DNA of 35,178 nucleotides. It comes from an uncultured Oceanicaulis sp. (GTDB taxonomy: Bacteria; Pseudomonadota; Alphaproteobacteria; Caulobacterales; Maricaulaceae). This document shows positions 34,081 to 35,178 of the stretch, piece after piece. The notes beneath the pieces are model-generated. The model searched no databases. It had not been told where the DNA came from and saw only the letters and a list, made by a program, of their open reading frames with translations. Every line of letters starts with the position of its first letter. The stretch's first letter is position 1. Position numbers and translations under genes: made by a program. The stretch is taken from assembly GCA_964497275.1 (NCBI GenBank), contig CAZCEG010000002.1, positions 1 to 35,178 of the forward strand, given 5' to 3'.

Positions 34081-35178
34081 ATGTCCGTTACCCTTGTTCC
34101 GCTCAAGCAACTTGTCGTGTGCCAGTCCAATATCCGCTCTCGGCCCTACACGCCGGAGAGTGTCGCAGCTCTTGCCGCCTCGATCGAGAAAAGAGGGCTC
34201 TTGCAAGCCCCGCTTGGCTACCGAAAGAGCAAGAAACAGGTTGCCCTCGTCGGTGGTGGCCGCCGCCGCGCCGCCCTGCTTCTGCTCGACAAAGAAGGCC
34301 GCATGCCGGACTCCCTCAAATCCGGCATTCCGGTCAATTTGCGTGAGGGCACCCAGGCCGAACACCTCGCCGCTTCCTATGACGAAAACATGGAGCGCGT
34401 GGATCTCTCCCCGGTGGAGCAGTTTCGCGCTTTCCAGAGGCTCCGCGATCAGGGCCTGAGCGTTGAGGCTATTGCTATCGAAATGAACGTCACCCCCCGC
34501 ATGGTGCGGCAGCGTCTTTCCTTATCCACTCTGCATCAAAGCATCCTGGACGCTTTTGAAGAGGGCCGGTTCGGTATCGATATCCTGCAGGCTTTCACGG
34601 CAACCGAGAACACCGAGCGCCAGCTCGTAGTGCTCAATGAAATGCTCAACGCATATTACAAATGGTCCCCTCATCAGCTTCGCCGCGAGTTGGTACGAGA
34701 CGAAATCACACCGTTCCACAGGCTCGTGAAATTCGTCGGGCGTGAAGCCTATGAATCAGCGGGAGGTTCGTTCACGGAAGATCTTTTCGATGAAAGCCTG
34801 TCCTATTGCGACAATCCCGATCTGTTGACCGAACTCGCACAAACCAAACTCGAAGAGCATGCCGCCGAAATTGCTGAAGAAGGCTGGAAATGGGTCACGC
34901 CGGTAATAACCCTGGTGTACTCCGAGATCCGCGAGTTTGGGCGCCACTATCCCGAAGACCGCTTCCGTGATGAGGCCGCCGCGAAACGTGACGCGGAGAT
35001 CAGCACCCAGCTGGAATCTCTTGAAGCACGTTTTCAGACCGAGACTGATGACGATGCTCTCGCCAAACTGGGAGAGGAATTTGACGCCCTCGAAAGTGAG
35101 CGCGAAACCCTCTCGATCGAAGCCTTTACTGACGATCAAATTGCTCAATCCGGTGTCTACGTCTCTGTCTCCCAGACG
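34081..35178 (+). CDS. Large plasmid/ICE-type ParB-like CTP-binding DNA-binding protein (runs off the window)
   Basis: Manual translation MSVTLVPLKQL..NIR..LAASI..GLLQ..GGGRRRAAL..DENMER.DL.P.EQ..AF, HTH, FVG.EAYE.AGG..DLF, EGWKWV; RBS AGGAG. Not in the ORF track. Confidence 0.9.
   Translation, partial: MSVTLVPLKQLVVCQSNIRSRPYTPESVAALAASIEKRGLLQAPLGYRKSKKQVALVGGGRRRAALLLLDKEGRMPDSLKSGIPVNLREGTQAEHLAASYDENMERVDLSPVEQFRAFQRLRDQGLSVEAIAIEMNVTPRMVRQRLSLSTLHQSILDAFEEGRFGIDILQAFTATENTERQLVVLNEMLNAYYKWSPHQLRRELVRDEITPFHRLVKFVGREAYESAGGSFTEDLFDESLSYCDNPDLLTELAQTKLEEHAAEIAEEGWKWVTPVITLVYSEIREFGRHYPEDRFRDEAAAKRDAEISTQLESLEARFQTETDDDALAKLGEEFDALESERETLSIEAFTDDQIAQSGVYVSVSQT

Noticed and set aside
1-35178. 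CRISPR array, tRNA, rRNA, integrase, relaxase or oriT
   Set aside because: None recognised by eye; an oriT cannot be assigned without the relaxase.

Overview
High-GC proteobacterial (probably alphaproteobacterial, by inference) mobile region with three blocks. (1) 1-15.7 kb: an anaerobic nitrate-respiration module with the start of narG, a fused NarK1-NarK2 transporter, an FtrB/NarR-type Crp/Fnr regulator, Moco synthesis genes (moaA with a Moco riboswitch; moaD-E-B-C-moeA), class II ribonucleotide reductase nrdJ, O2-independent ubiquinone genes ubiT-U-V followed by a chorismate mutase, nnrS, and an NsrR-like regulator. FNR boxes and NsrR boxes are visible. (2) 15.7-20.6 kb: IS and pseudogene debris flanking an uncharacterised redox/heme cassette (Cys-rich MarR, small thioredoxin, secreted unknown protein, HTHP, redoxin, deleted GATase, YggS). 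(3) 20.6-35.2 kb: an F-type conjugation operon traA-L-E-K-B-dsbC-V-C-trbI-trhF-W-U-trbC with three extra embedded ORFs, broken at the end of trbC, then an XRE-like gene, an orphan and a large plasmid-type ParB-like gene. All calls come from motif recognition by eye; no searches were run.
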